DNA of 34,930 nucleotides, taken from positions 1 to 34,930 of the forward strand of contig JYFJ02004082.1 of assembly GCA_000934665.2 (NCBI GenBank), in the 5' to 3' direction. The DNA comes from Catajapyx aquilonaris. Taxonomy: Eukaryota. A model generated the notes under the pieces. It had not been told where the DNA came from, did not search any database, and saw only the letters and a program-made list of their open reading frames with translations. The translations under genes were made by a program, and so were the position numbers. How positions within the stretch are numbered: position 1 is the first letter of the stretch; each line of letters starts with the position of its first letter. Shown piece after piece: positions 25,051 through 34,383 of the stretch.

Positions 25051-25169
25051 CAACAATGAGCTGAAAGGTTCCCAACTCACCCCCTACATCACTGCCAATG
25101 CTACTGATCTAAAATTATATTTTTGTTCATGTATGATTTGTAGCAGATATTGATCATTTTGTTTATTTT

Positions 25170-25171
<2 letters not shown>

Positions 25172-25218
<47 letters not shown>

Positions 25219-25456
25219 TAATGCCACCCCATGGTAGGCGAGTGGCATCCTAGGGGATCTTGGAAATACATGGCTTAATGCTGCTTATGGATTTTTGAGT
25301 GGAAAAAAACTGGAGCACACTGAGGAAACCCACACAGACATGAGACTTTCCATTGTTCTATATGCAAAACTCCTTTCCACATGAAAATATTGATCGCTCA
25401 ACATGGGGATTGAACTTGGGACAGTGGAAGGCTGTAGCCTAAACTGTTGCACTAAC
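25172..25456 (-). mobile_element. tRNA-derived SINE with V/Meta-like central domain and (TTA)n tail
   Basis: Minus strand: B box GTTCAATCCCC, then GGAGTTTTGCAT...GTCTGTGTGGGTTTCCTCAGTGTGCTCCAGTTT. The (AAT)n array at 25172-25218 is the tail. Confidence 0.65.
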
Positions 25457-26216
25457 ATATTTATTGCCTGGGTTTATTTGGCAGTGTTTTCTGGCCACCC
25501 TTTATACATAATAAATTGTGGAAGTGACAGGTGGTCTATTTGAGATGTCCTTGTATTTGGCTTCGGCAAAGCTCTTCCTACAAGCATGAAAATGTATTTA
25601 AAAAATAGAAGACTGTGGAAATCCCATTCCACCATGGGCTGCAGAACTTCAACAACAGAATGCAGTGAAGTATGTGAAGTTGCATACCTTGTATACTACA
25701 GTTTGCATTAAGTTAATTGTTTCAGGCACAGTGCAAATAGAAAACTGTAAAACTTATTAGGGGCCATGAATAAATTATGTAACTCTGTTTTTGGTGATTA
25801 TTGAATATCATGACAATGATCTTGATTACTGCAGCGAAAAGAACGATATTGTGCATTTTTGTTTATTGGAAGCGTTTCCCCCCCCCCCCCCCCCCCCNCC
25901 CCCCCCCCTCCCCTCCCCTCCTGAAGACCACAATTCAATCTCTTGCACAGTAATGCATAGGTAAACACCGATAGTCATGCTTGCAAGGGTGTCTGCCTCT
26001 CTCTCTGTCCTGCACAGCACTTGGAGTTCGAGTGTGGATTTCCGTATGCTGGTTTTTCTCGCTGGCCTGTGGGTGTTCTGGTTGTTTTCAGGAGAATATT
26101 CTAGTCACTTGGAGGAATTTAACAGTTGCTGATTCCTCTTCCACGGGGGAGGGCCTTGATTTCTCAAAGTACCGCGTCGCATAGTGTAATATTTAAATTT
26201 AATATTGAGTGTTTGT

Positions 26217-26365
26217 CGTCTGAGATGGGCAGGGGTGGGGGGCGGGACGGGTTGTTTATAGGTTTATTTTTACAAGTTTTAATTTAGTTCATATTTTGGG
26301 TTAGCTTGTGGCTCCCGTCATCGCTGACTACCCCTTATAGGGAAATGTCGTGATGGTGATGATGA
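26217..26365 (+). mobile_element. RTE-related 3' end (same family as 3648-3800) with a (TGA)n-like tail
   Basis: Aligns by eye to the reverse complement of 3661-3800, e.g. GGGCAGGGGTGGGGG, TTGGGTTAGCTTG and TCATCGCTGACTACCCCT.ATAGGGAAATGTCGTG. Confidence 0.85.
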
Positions 26366-26627
26366 CAATGCAATAAGAGCCCAATTGTGAAAATAGAAAA
26401 TGTCCAGAAAGCGAAAAAAAAAAACTATTTATTTCTGTTTCTGTTCGTAGTAGACAATTGTGCTCTAAACCTAATGACAGATATATACCACCAGACATGC
26501 ATTTTGAGACTGTGCTCAGCTGCCAGCATGTCCGTGGTGGCGAAAAAAATCTGCAACACACCACCACAGAAGCGCCGCCTAATTTATGCGGCAGCGCTGC
26601 CATGGTGGTCTCGTGTGAAAATAGCCT

Positions 26628-27197
26628 TACAAGGGGTGGATATAGAGTAGTGCCAACATCATCTGGCACTGCACAAATACCAAATGGTGTTGTTGTACCT
26701 GATACTAGTAGCTGGTTGTCTTGCAAGTCAGATAAGCACATTTTCACCAGTTCATGGCATTAGAAGAGGGAGGCTGTGAAGTTATGTCAAGCAAGACTGC
26801 CTTAAAGACAGGTTCACCTGGACAGAGCAATGCACGAGTATAAAAATAAAGGTTGTGATGATTATGAATATTTTATTAGGTGTTCAAGAAGTCTGTGGTG
26901 CTGAAGCACTGCCACATCAGACTGTAGCACTTGACAAAGTTGAAACAATCCCTGGAAGAGACAATTTTTGCACAAGAGACGCTATCGGTGAAGCAGTAGG
27001 CAATGCAGGGCGTTCTTGAGCACATCCAAACAAGAACAAAACAAGAATAGCTTATGTCTAGTGCCTTCAAAAAGTGTGGGAGAATGTTGTGAATGTGGAA
27101 AGGGATTATCCTGAAGGAATGTAAAGCTAATTTTCATCCCAAAATTTCCCTTACTCATATAGAGGTGTCACCACTATTTTACACCATGTCTTTGTAA
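26628..27197 (+). mobile_element. Highly decayed mariner-like element
   Basis: Degenerate ends TACAAGGGGTGG...AGTAGTG and CACTATTTTACACCA...TGTA. About 27070-27125 reads WE..V.VE.DY.EG, like a mariner C-terminus. Confidence 0.35.
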
Positions 27198-28098
27198 ATG
27201 CTTATATTTTTTAAACTGTCCCACCACACCATCACATGAAGAAAAGTATTCCATTACTTGGCCCAACTTGCCAAGAATTCATCACATTGTGTGGCTTCCT
27301 ACCAAAATATGTCAGTTACGAACTGTTTTGTGTGTTAGGCTACTGCATACCCCTAACATCTCATGGCATCCAGTAATATATTCACCTATCCTGTACGACT
27401 AGTTCTCCCCTGGGTCACAAAACCTGTGGCCAACCAGAAAAGTTTTATGAAGTATGACACAGTCATGCCACATGCAGTGGCAAACTAATAACCCAAAATA
27501 AAACTTAGCACTAGTCACTAGTGTTTGAAAATTATATCTTCTTTTTCGATGTAAGAAGTTCTCTCCAATGCTTCTTGCATCCATATCTACAAGACCTGTT
27601 TTCTCTACAACAAGACCTAGATTATTCAAAGCAGCTTGCTACACTCGCATCTTGCTTAACAGGGTTTGTCTCTCTTCTCAAATAGATCCCCACTACATCC
27701 ATTCACTTTTGCTAACATCACTCCCCTTCCTGATACTTTTTTTTCCCCCCAAGAGGGTGCACAGCAGGGCCATTGTGACGGGTTTTATATCCTGATCGTC
27801 AATATTTGTTTAGGTGTGTCTTCTTCAGCTTGGGGATGGTCAGAAGTTGTGATAGCTGAACAGGGGCTCGTTTGGCCAACAAAAACCCTGATTCCTTCCG
27901 AGTCACAGAGGGGTATGTATTTTTGAGAACAATATCTGGATAAAACCCATCAACTCTTAAAGAGAAAAAAAGTCCAGTTTGTATTTGAATGAGTGGAAAC
28001 ATAACTACAATGCTAGGACCTGATCCTCAGATGAGAATAACTTAAGTCTTGTTATAACATAAAAAGAACTCTTGTAATATAATTAGAATTCAACTAGT

Positions 28099-28357
28099 TC
28101 AGGATGTGTTATCTCGAAAAGCAATGCATGTTACTGGCTTCTGATGACCACTATATTCTCGTTTGACTTCACCACTTTCAATGCTCCAGAGACGAGCCAT
28201 GTTATCTGATGATGATGTGAAAACATACTGTCCATCAGCACTGAATGCAACATCCCAGACCCATCGCTGCCCTTCTTCCTTCAGTTCTGTCAAAAGTGAA
28301 AAATCTGTGGTCCTCCAAACCTTGGCAGTCTGGTCAGCAGAAGTGGTCACCAGTAAA
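28099..28357 (-). CDS. MLST8: mLST8 coding exon 6 ([14 protein letters not shown]...AFRDNTS*)
   Basis: cacacag|T acceptor; TGA at 28101-28099. Confidence 0.95.
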
Positions 28358-30701
28358 CTGTGTGAATACAATTAAATGGTATTAACTGTCATTATAATGA
28401 CAAGCACAAAATAAGCATTTTCTATTTCTGGGGTCCTAGCCGCTTCACTTAAAATACACTGAATGCACCAAGATTTGAGCTACGTTATATTACAGATACC
28501 ATAATATGGAGCCAAAAAGCTCAAACGTAACCAGCCCACGGACACTACCCCTACAGTCTTATCGCCTGCCGGGGCATTTTGCATGGGGTGCTCACCTGAG
28601 AGTGCCATGAGACATTTCACTGCTGGATTATGTGGCGACCCTACGGAACTATGCCGAACTTTATAGGTACAAAAGGGAAGGGCTACATTGGGGGACCCAA
28701 CATGGTCGCCGGCGGCCATGTTTGGCCCGCATGTAGCAGCTTCTCTTCTACCTTAGTTCAGCGTAGTCCGGTAGGGTCGTCACATAATCCAGCAGTGAAA
28801 AGCTGTCTCCTGGCGCTCTCAAGTGAGCACCTCATGCAAAACGCCCCGGTAGGTGATAGTGTGAGTGACCAGACCTGAGTATTCTCAGATAATGAACGTA
28901 ACTCATACAAATAAGCAGCTAAGTTCCAACAAATAGCTATATTCGTCTAACAGGTATTTTTCATCACCTTGTATTTTTGTCCTCAAGAAAACCTAACCGT
29001 AATTAAGTGGGACTCCCTCCATCTCTACCCGACTTACGTAGAATCTGGGCTGAACCGGCATTTTAGTCCGTAGCGTTGGTGAGCAGCTAACTTATGTTTT
29101 GGATGCAACTGTACAGCTTCTTCCCTTCCACCACTCAAACTCCAAACATAGCAATGACCTTTATTGGTTACTGCTGCCATATATGATGCCTCAGGATCTA
29201 TTGACACGTGTTGAATAAATGCATCTTGCTCTGGAATCTGGTAAAAAAGGGTATCAGCACATTTCAGAGATGTATTTTCCAGAACTTGAAGTCAATTGAG
29301 GGGCTGGGTGCAAAAAGGGCCCATCCCACGCAATGTAACTGCTGAGAAATGAAGCTGTACCATGGAAAGTTCTCCTTACATCTTCCTAGTAATTATTTTT
29401 TAATGGCTCCAAGACCCATCCAAACTCGCGGAGGTTTTACATGTCACTAACAGATAGTAGTAGCCACGCAATAGTGGAAGAATCTAATTTTTCCTCAGTG
29501 CAGAATGGACCCTTTTTGCACCCAGCCCCTCAATTTCAGACACCCTGCTGAAACATTTTGCTTGCATGAACCAATACCTCACTTCAATATAAATGCACCA
29601 TATGCATTCCTCCAATATGTAGTGAAAATTATTAGCATCTTTTCAATAACCCTTACCAGCTGTTCATTATGGTCTGTGCGTAAATTCCATATGTGAATAA
29701 TTCCTGATTGGTCACCCACTATTAGTTCAGCCTGGCTTGGATGTAAACAAGCACAAGTAACAGGTGCCCCGACTTGAAAGATGCGCTGGCACTGCGGGTT
29801 GCGTCCTCTACAGAAAATAAGATAGCACGAGTTACGCAGAATGCCATCAATTATTCTCAATCACCATAAGAATACCGCAGATCCCAGATTTTCGCACTGC
29901 AATCCTCGCCACCAGTGAACATCCAGTTTCCTTCATCATTAAATCCAACTGCAGTCACATTTTTGCTGATTCCCTCGAAATTCATGACTGGATTTGAATT
30001 GTTGGAGTTGACATCATATGTACGCACATGTTGATACCCTAAAAACAAACACATATCATGTTTGCTCAGTGCAACAAATAAAGAAATCTCCTTGCCTACC
30101 TCCAGCTGCTATTATCCGGCCATCTTGTGTAATTTCCAATGCATTTACTTGCTAATGTGCATTAAGGAATGTCAATAGCAATTTCAAAAATACTTAATAA
30201 CTATAAGGAGTCAAGGTAACTGGTGGAGATTGCTTGAAACATCTCTCGTCAACACTCGCCGGGCGATAACAACGCTGAGTAACCATGGTTACTCAGTGTC
30301 GTCATCGCTTGGCGATGACATCGCGATATCAAATCGCTCACATGTAAACGCCGCTTTACAAAGTGACTGCTTATGTAAATTCTAAGTAATTGTTGCCACA
30401 AGTTACTCTCTCAGGGAATTTCTCCATGGCTTATCAATGCACCACTGCTACAAATTTTTATATGCCCCATAACCAACTGCTAAGACAATGCAAAGGATAC
30501 CGAATCTGCATGCTGGAATGTCTTTTGACAAATCCCACTGTGAGCCTGCCAAAATTTGATGGTGTGATCATATCCTCCTGTGGCCAAAACCACCTGCTCC
30601 ACACCTGCTCCACTATCACCTCCTGCATCCATCATCTGAGTATCACCATGAGCCTCGTTCGGCCCCGATACATTAGATTGAGATAAGGATGCTTGTGGCA
30701 T
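28099..30701 (-). CDS. MLST8: Target of rapamycin complex subunit LST8 (WD40), spliced CDS complement(join(28099..28357,29038..29237,29657..29807,29876..30038,30100..30151,30501..30701)), 341 aa (319 aa if started at ATG 30635)
   Basis: Exons sum to 1026 nt in frame. [108 protein letters not shown] and [12 protein letters not shown]...[15 protein letters not shown] are diagnostic of LST8. Confidence 0.96.
28560..28858. mobile_element. Foldback/MITE with about 100-bp arms in mLST8 intron 5
   Basis: 28560-28660 pairs with 28755-28858 (TTTCACTGCTGGATTATGTG.CGACCCTAC / GTAGGGTCG.CACATAATCCAGCAGTGAAA). Confidence 0.75.
29038..29237 (-). CDS. MLST8: mLST8 coding exon 5 ([34 protein letters not shown]...CRFSPDS)
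   Basis: ttttttaccag|ATT acceptor and AC|GTAAGT donor; missing from the ORF track, translated by hand. Confidence 0.94.
29298..29531. mobile_element. MITE with AATT TSD (Sola-like) in mLST8 intron 4
   Basis: AATT|GAGGGGCTGGGTGCAAAAAGGG...CCCTTTTTGCACCCAGCCCCTC|AATT. Confidence 0.75.
29657..29807 (-). CDS. MLST8: mLST8 coding exon 4 ([12 protein letters not shown]...DHNEQL)
   Basis: ttttctgtag|A acceptor and CTG|GTAAGG donor. Confidence 0.95.
29876..30038 (-). CDS. MLST8: mLST8 coding exon 3 (GYQHVRTYD...KIWDLR)
   Basis: gtttttag|GG acceptor and CG|GTATTC donor. Confidence 0.95.
30100..30151 (-). CDS. MLST8: mLST8 coding exon 2 ([17 protein letters not shown])
   Basis: cacattag|CAA acceptor and G|GTAGGC donor; too short for the ORF track. 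Confidence 0.92.
30152..30500 (-). other. U12-type GT-AG intron of mLST8
   Basis: 5' ss GTATCCTTTG and branch TTCCTTAAT (30169-30161), 9 nt before the end of the terminal AG; no polypyrimidine tract. Confidence 0.92.
30501..30701 (-). CDS. MLST8: mLST8 coding exon 1 (...MMDAGG...[29 protein letters not shown])
   Basis: ATG at 30701 or 30635; ends at the U12 donor GTATCCTTTG. Confidence 0.9.
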
Positions 30702-31621
30702 ACTCGATTTTCCACACAGTATTGTTCAGCGCCCCTTTACCTCATGTACACGTTAGTATTTGCACCTACCAACGTCACATGATACTGTTCGAGCAGGACT
30801 AAAAGCAGGCTAGCAGGAACGTGATAATTTTCTTACGGTATTTTACGTTCTGCTGAGTTTGCTTATATAAGCATTCAGCATGGCGAAACATCTGCACGCT
30901 TTCATTCACTGCATTCTAGTCATGATTCTCGTAAATTCTATCACGGCGAATCGCACGGCCATCTTGCTGGTTTAGTTTCACCTGTGTGCTATGATAGCGC
31001 TGTATGCATGGGCGAAGGTTGAAGGACATATTCCCTCACGTGATAGGCTGCACAACAACGCATTTTATCAATCTGGGGACCTGGGGGCATATATTTTTAA
31101 AAATTACATTCTTTGAGTGGGTGAATCGTGGGGTGAATGTATTGGAATGCATTGAAGCCTCGTGTACTGCTCGTGCAGGTCTCCATGTCTCAGGTCTTAT
31201 TGATACTGTCCAATCAGCGCCAATCAGCGTGGCAAACACCAATCACCTGATTGAAGTGCTACAATATGGCTGCCCCAACCGCCCAATATCCCCATGCCGC
31301 CCCAAACTGTGTATGTACTTATAAATAAATTAAAATTTATTCGTGCTAAATTAAAAACACAATTCCTGAATGAGCTCAAGCGAAGGCGAATGTGCTGCTC
31401 TGTGGGCTGATTGTCAAGCTAAGAGGTAGTGGCTCATCCACGTTTATACTAGATCCATGATCAAAGGCTCTATTCGCCAAGACCAACCGTGAGCCGTACA
31501 ATTCGGATTCGGACTAGACAGGTTATTTGTACTGTATACGTGTGTACAGTAGGTTTACGTTGAAGTTCCTCAGCTGGCAGTGGTTTGGTGAAGACGTGAA
31601 GTTGCGGCTCCTATTTTCGAC
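30702..31621. promoter_or_regulatory. Putative bidirectional promoter / 5' UTR region between mLST8 and UBXN4-like
   Basis: The divergent start codons are about 920 bp apart. The region is CpG-richer than the gene bodies and has a YY1-like AAGATGGCCG on - at about 30956-30965. TSSs cannot be located from sequence alone. Confidence 0.55.
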
Positions 31622-31718
31622 ATGGAAGGGCCACGGGTTCGGTATTTTGAAGGGGACATACCCGCAGCTGTGAAAAAGGCGCGCGCAGGAGGAGCAATAT
31701 TTGTTGTCGTGATAAAGG
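31622..31718 (+). CDS. UBXN4: UBXN4-like coding exon 1
   Basis: gacATGG start context; G|GTGAGA donor, phase 1. Confidence 0.8.
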
Positions 31719-34383
31719 GTGAGATATGTTTTTGTCATGTCATATTCCGTCTGTGTGGTCTGTGAGACATGGTGCTAGTGGTTGAGGTTATGGTTTTGGA
31801 TTTGTGGTTTTGATTGTGACACTTGTGGAGTTGGCGTGTTGTCCATCCCTGTCGTCATAGCTCGTAATCTTAACCAGAGAGCAGATGAACCTAAAATCGG
31901 TTTTTGTGAATAAAAATATCGAGCTCTGCCTGTCACATGAAATGGTTTTGATTAACCCAGATATGCCGAGTGTGCCCTATAGGGGACACCTGCACAGTTG
32001 TTACATTTTAATTTTTTGCGCAGGTTCTTCTGCTGCTAAAGAGCTCGCAGTAGTGATGGGGGCTTCAGTAGAGTCCCAGCTAACTATAAAAGTTCAAACC
32101 AGCTCAATATTGCTTCAGATTTTTAAGATACAGATGTTTGAATTTTAACGCAGGAAATAATGGCTGCACCTCCATTCTCGAATGCTGATTAGCATTATGA
32201 GTTATTTTTTGTTTGTAATACTTAGAAAACTCATGAATGATGATGTCCATGTGGAAATTTAGGCATATTTTTTACTTTCCTTGTCTGAGGGTGGCGTTGA
32301 AATCGGGTGTCCCCTATGAGGGACACTCGGCAAATGCACCACAAATGGATCGGCAAGTCAAGCACCGGTACTCTAGGCTACTGTATGCGTCCGGACTTTG
32401 TGCGTTTTGTCGAACTGAATTTTTATGAATCCCTATTTTTAAAACGAGGGTTACCCGGCAACTGGGTTGCCATGGCAACCATCGTAGCTATGCTGGTAAC
32501 CCATTGCCATGTACAATCTAACATTATCATGCATACAAACTTTCTCTTTTGGGTACAGTGAAGCCCAGTGGCGGATCTATAGGGGGAGGGGGAGCGTGGC
32601 GACAAATCCCCCCCCCACCACCACCAACAACAACAACAACGTCTAGATCCGCCACTGGTGAAACCTGTGTATAGCAGAATAGCACGGTGCCCTAGAAAAA
32701 TCAGTAATTGACAAGTTTCTGCTGAAAATTACGATTTTCCTAGTCATCAGCACCAAACGGGAAAGAGTGGAAGTGAACGCTGCAACGGCACAAAGCATAT
32801 TGTGGGCAGAGAGTGGGGGAGGAATAAGAGTGGCGCTGTTGTTGCGGATCGCACGCGAACCATTTAACTATGTCGGAACCGTGATGTCGGATATACATAG
32901 TACGGTATATCAGCCGTTTCCGCTATTTTCGACACGGTATTTATGTCCTATACATACGCCCGTTCCCGGAAAAATTTCGCAATGGACAAGTTTTTTGTAA
33001 CACTCGGTACGTTATGGACAGGTTTCACTACATATTTATCTAGAGTGAATCCTGTCCATAACGGACCCTCAACGTAACGGAAACTTGCCTATTGCGGAAT
33101 TTTTCTGGTAACGGGCGTATGGAAAGTATACACTATTTCCGCGTCGAATATAGCGGAAATTGTGTAATTTTCATACGATAGTTACCAGAAAAATTCCGCA
33201 ATAGGCAAGTTTCCATTATACACAGGGTCCGTTGTGGACAGGGTTCACTGTATATTTATATACAGTGAAACCTGTACATATCTGAATAGCAAGTGACTCT
33301 AAAATTCCGCAATGAGCAAGTTTCCGCTATACCCTCCTGAGACCCGAGAAGCCATTTGTGCAATTATTTAGTAATACTTTGAAAGAACCTTCTGTAGTGG
33401 AGGTGTAGAAGCCATTTTTCAGAATATTTCATATTTTTGTTGCTATCACTTATTGCAAAATTAGATGTCCTATATATAGGACATTGGGTCTTAGCTATAA
33501 CATTCCTTCTCTATATTTTTCAATGAATTAAAAAAACACTTTCATCTTTATTTCAATACAGCAGCCTATATCTTACGTTTTCCTTGTGTATACAGTATAG
33601 CTATACTAGATGTTACATTTGCCGAGTGTTCCCTATAGGGGACGGCACTTTTCTTACAATCTAGCATTCCATAAATTTTTTTATCGTTTTTGTTGTGTTA
33701 TGGGGACTATCATGAACTAATAAAATCAAACAAAAACCAAAATTGAAACAAAAAATCTTTCAGGCATATCTGGGTTAAGGTAGGAGGTTTAAGATAGTAT
33801 TTCAATAGAAAGTCAGAATTTTATTAGATTCTTCTGGTTGTGACTGCACAACAATATATTGATGATTTTTATTGATGTTTTAAAGGTGATGAAGAAAACG
33901 TCGCGACGTGCATCCAAGATTCAGCATTGAACCACCCTCGAGTTGTGAGATACCTAAATTCTGATCATTTTGTTGTGATCGAGGTATATGGTGATCAAAA
34001 GGCCTTCAACTACTTCGCTGAATACTGTATCCTTTTCATGCAGAAAATGTAAAGTTGAAGTATGTGATCCACTTTCTTAACAGTGTGACAGTTCCTGATG
34101 CTGAGGTACCATCCATATACTTCTTCAGCAGTTCGGGCAGCCTTATGCTTGTCTCAGGAGGAGAGGAAGTCGATCCTGAGCTACTTCTGGAAGACGTCCG
34201 CACTGTCATGGACAAGAAATTGGTATTCACTTTTTTAAACTCTTGAACCAGTTTTGGAAATCACAACAAGTTTTTTGATTGACCTTTGTTTACTAGGGCA
34301 GTAATATGTCTGTTGTATTTTTACTGACCTCTGTTTTGTTTTTAAAGTATACCGCTGCCAAACAAGCTGAAGCTGAATATCAG
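31622..34383 (+). CDS. UBXN4: UBX domain-containing protein 4-like, N-terminal thioredoxin-like domain; partial CDS join(31622..31718,33886..34026,34092..34222,34348..34383), continues beyond the window
   Basis: The spliced peptide MEGPRVRYFEGDIPAAVKKARAGGAIFVVVIKGDEENVATCIQDSALNHPRVVRYLNSDHFVVIEVYGDQKAFNYFAEYFPDAEVPSIYFFSSSGSLMLVSGGEEVDPELLLEDVRTVMDKKLYTAAKQAEAEYQ matches the UBXN4 N-terminal pattern (W/Y)F.G.I..A......A.FVV...G...FV.I......F.....P...VPS.(F/Y)F...G. No UBX domain lies in the window, so ortholog versus paralog is unresolved. Confidence 0.75.
32556..33332. mobile_element. Three adjacent Tc1/pogo-like MITEs of one family (32556-33030, 33043-33250, 33263-about 33332 truncated)
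   Basis: Ends CAGTGAA(A/T)CCTGT / ACAGG(T/G)TTCACT, separated by short TA-rich spacers; shared TTCCGCAAT...CAAGTTTCC internal motif. Confidence 0.7.
32566..32657. mobile_element. 92-bp hAT-like MITE
   Basis: TIR CAGTGGCGGATCTA / TAGATCCGCCACTG; 8-bp TSD GTGAAGCC / GTGAAACC (1 mismatch). Confidence 0.8.
33886..34026 (+). CDS. UBXN4: UBXN4-like coding exon 2
   Basis: ttttaaag|GT acceptor; open frame; ends at the U12 donor GTATCCTTTT. Confidence 0.85.
34027..34091 (+). other. U12-type GT-AG intron (65 nt) of the UBXN4-like gene
   Basis: 5' ss GTATCCTTTT, branch TTTCTTAAC at 34073-34081, AG at 34090-91; frame restored (T|TT = Phe). Confidence 0.88.
34092..34222 (+). CDS. UBXN4: UBXN4-like coding exon 3
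   Basis: gacag|TT acceptor; same frame as ORF 34055..34246 (PDAEVPSIYFF); TTG|GTATTC donor. Confidence 0.8.
34348..34383 (+). CDS. UBXN4: UBXN4-like 36-nt coding exon 4 (YTAAKQAEAEYQ)
   Basis: Branch ctgac plus tgttttgtttttaaag acceptor; CAG|GTAATT donor; phase 0-0 and open. Confidence 0.6.

Larger units (their letters stand above)
31956..33774. mobile_element. piggyBac-type non-autonomous element filling most of UBXN4-like intron 1
   Basis: TTAA|CCCAGATATGCC...GGCATATCTGGG|TTAA; subterminal GCCGAGTGT.CCCTATAGGGGAC repeats at about 31965, 32307 (inverted) and 33621. Confidence 0.8.

Noticed and set aside
26328..26763. Three overlapping ORFs (139, 87 and 101 aa)
   Set aside because: They span junctions of different TE remnants and have no protein motifs.
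29808..29875. mLST8 intron 3 donor GTATTCTT resembles a U12 5' splice site
   Set aside because: It mismatches at the critical +5 position, has no TCCTTAAC-type branch and has a normal polypyrimidine tract, so it is treated as U2.
31974..31985. CCCTATAGGG motif similar to the RTE 3' hairpin
   Set aside because: A short palindrome within piggyBac subterminal repeats; flanks are unrelated, so the similarity is probably coincidental.
34223..34347. UBXN4-like intron 3 donor GTATTCAC as U12
   Set aside because: Poor match beyond +4; a U2 branch (CTGAC) and a T-rich tract are present.
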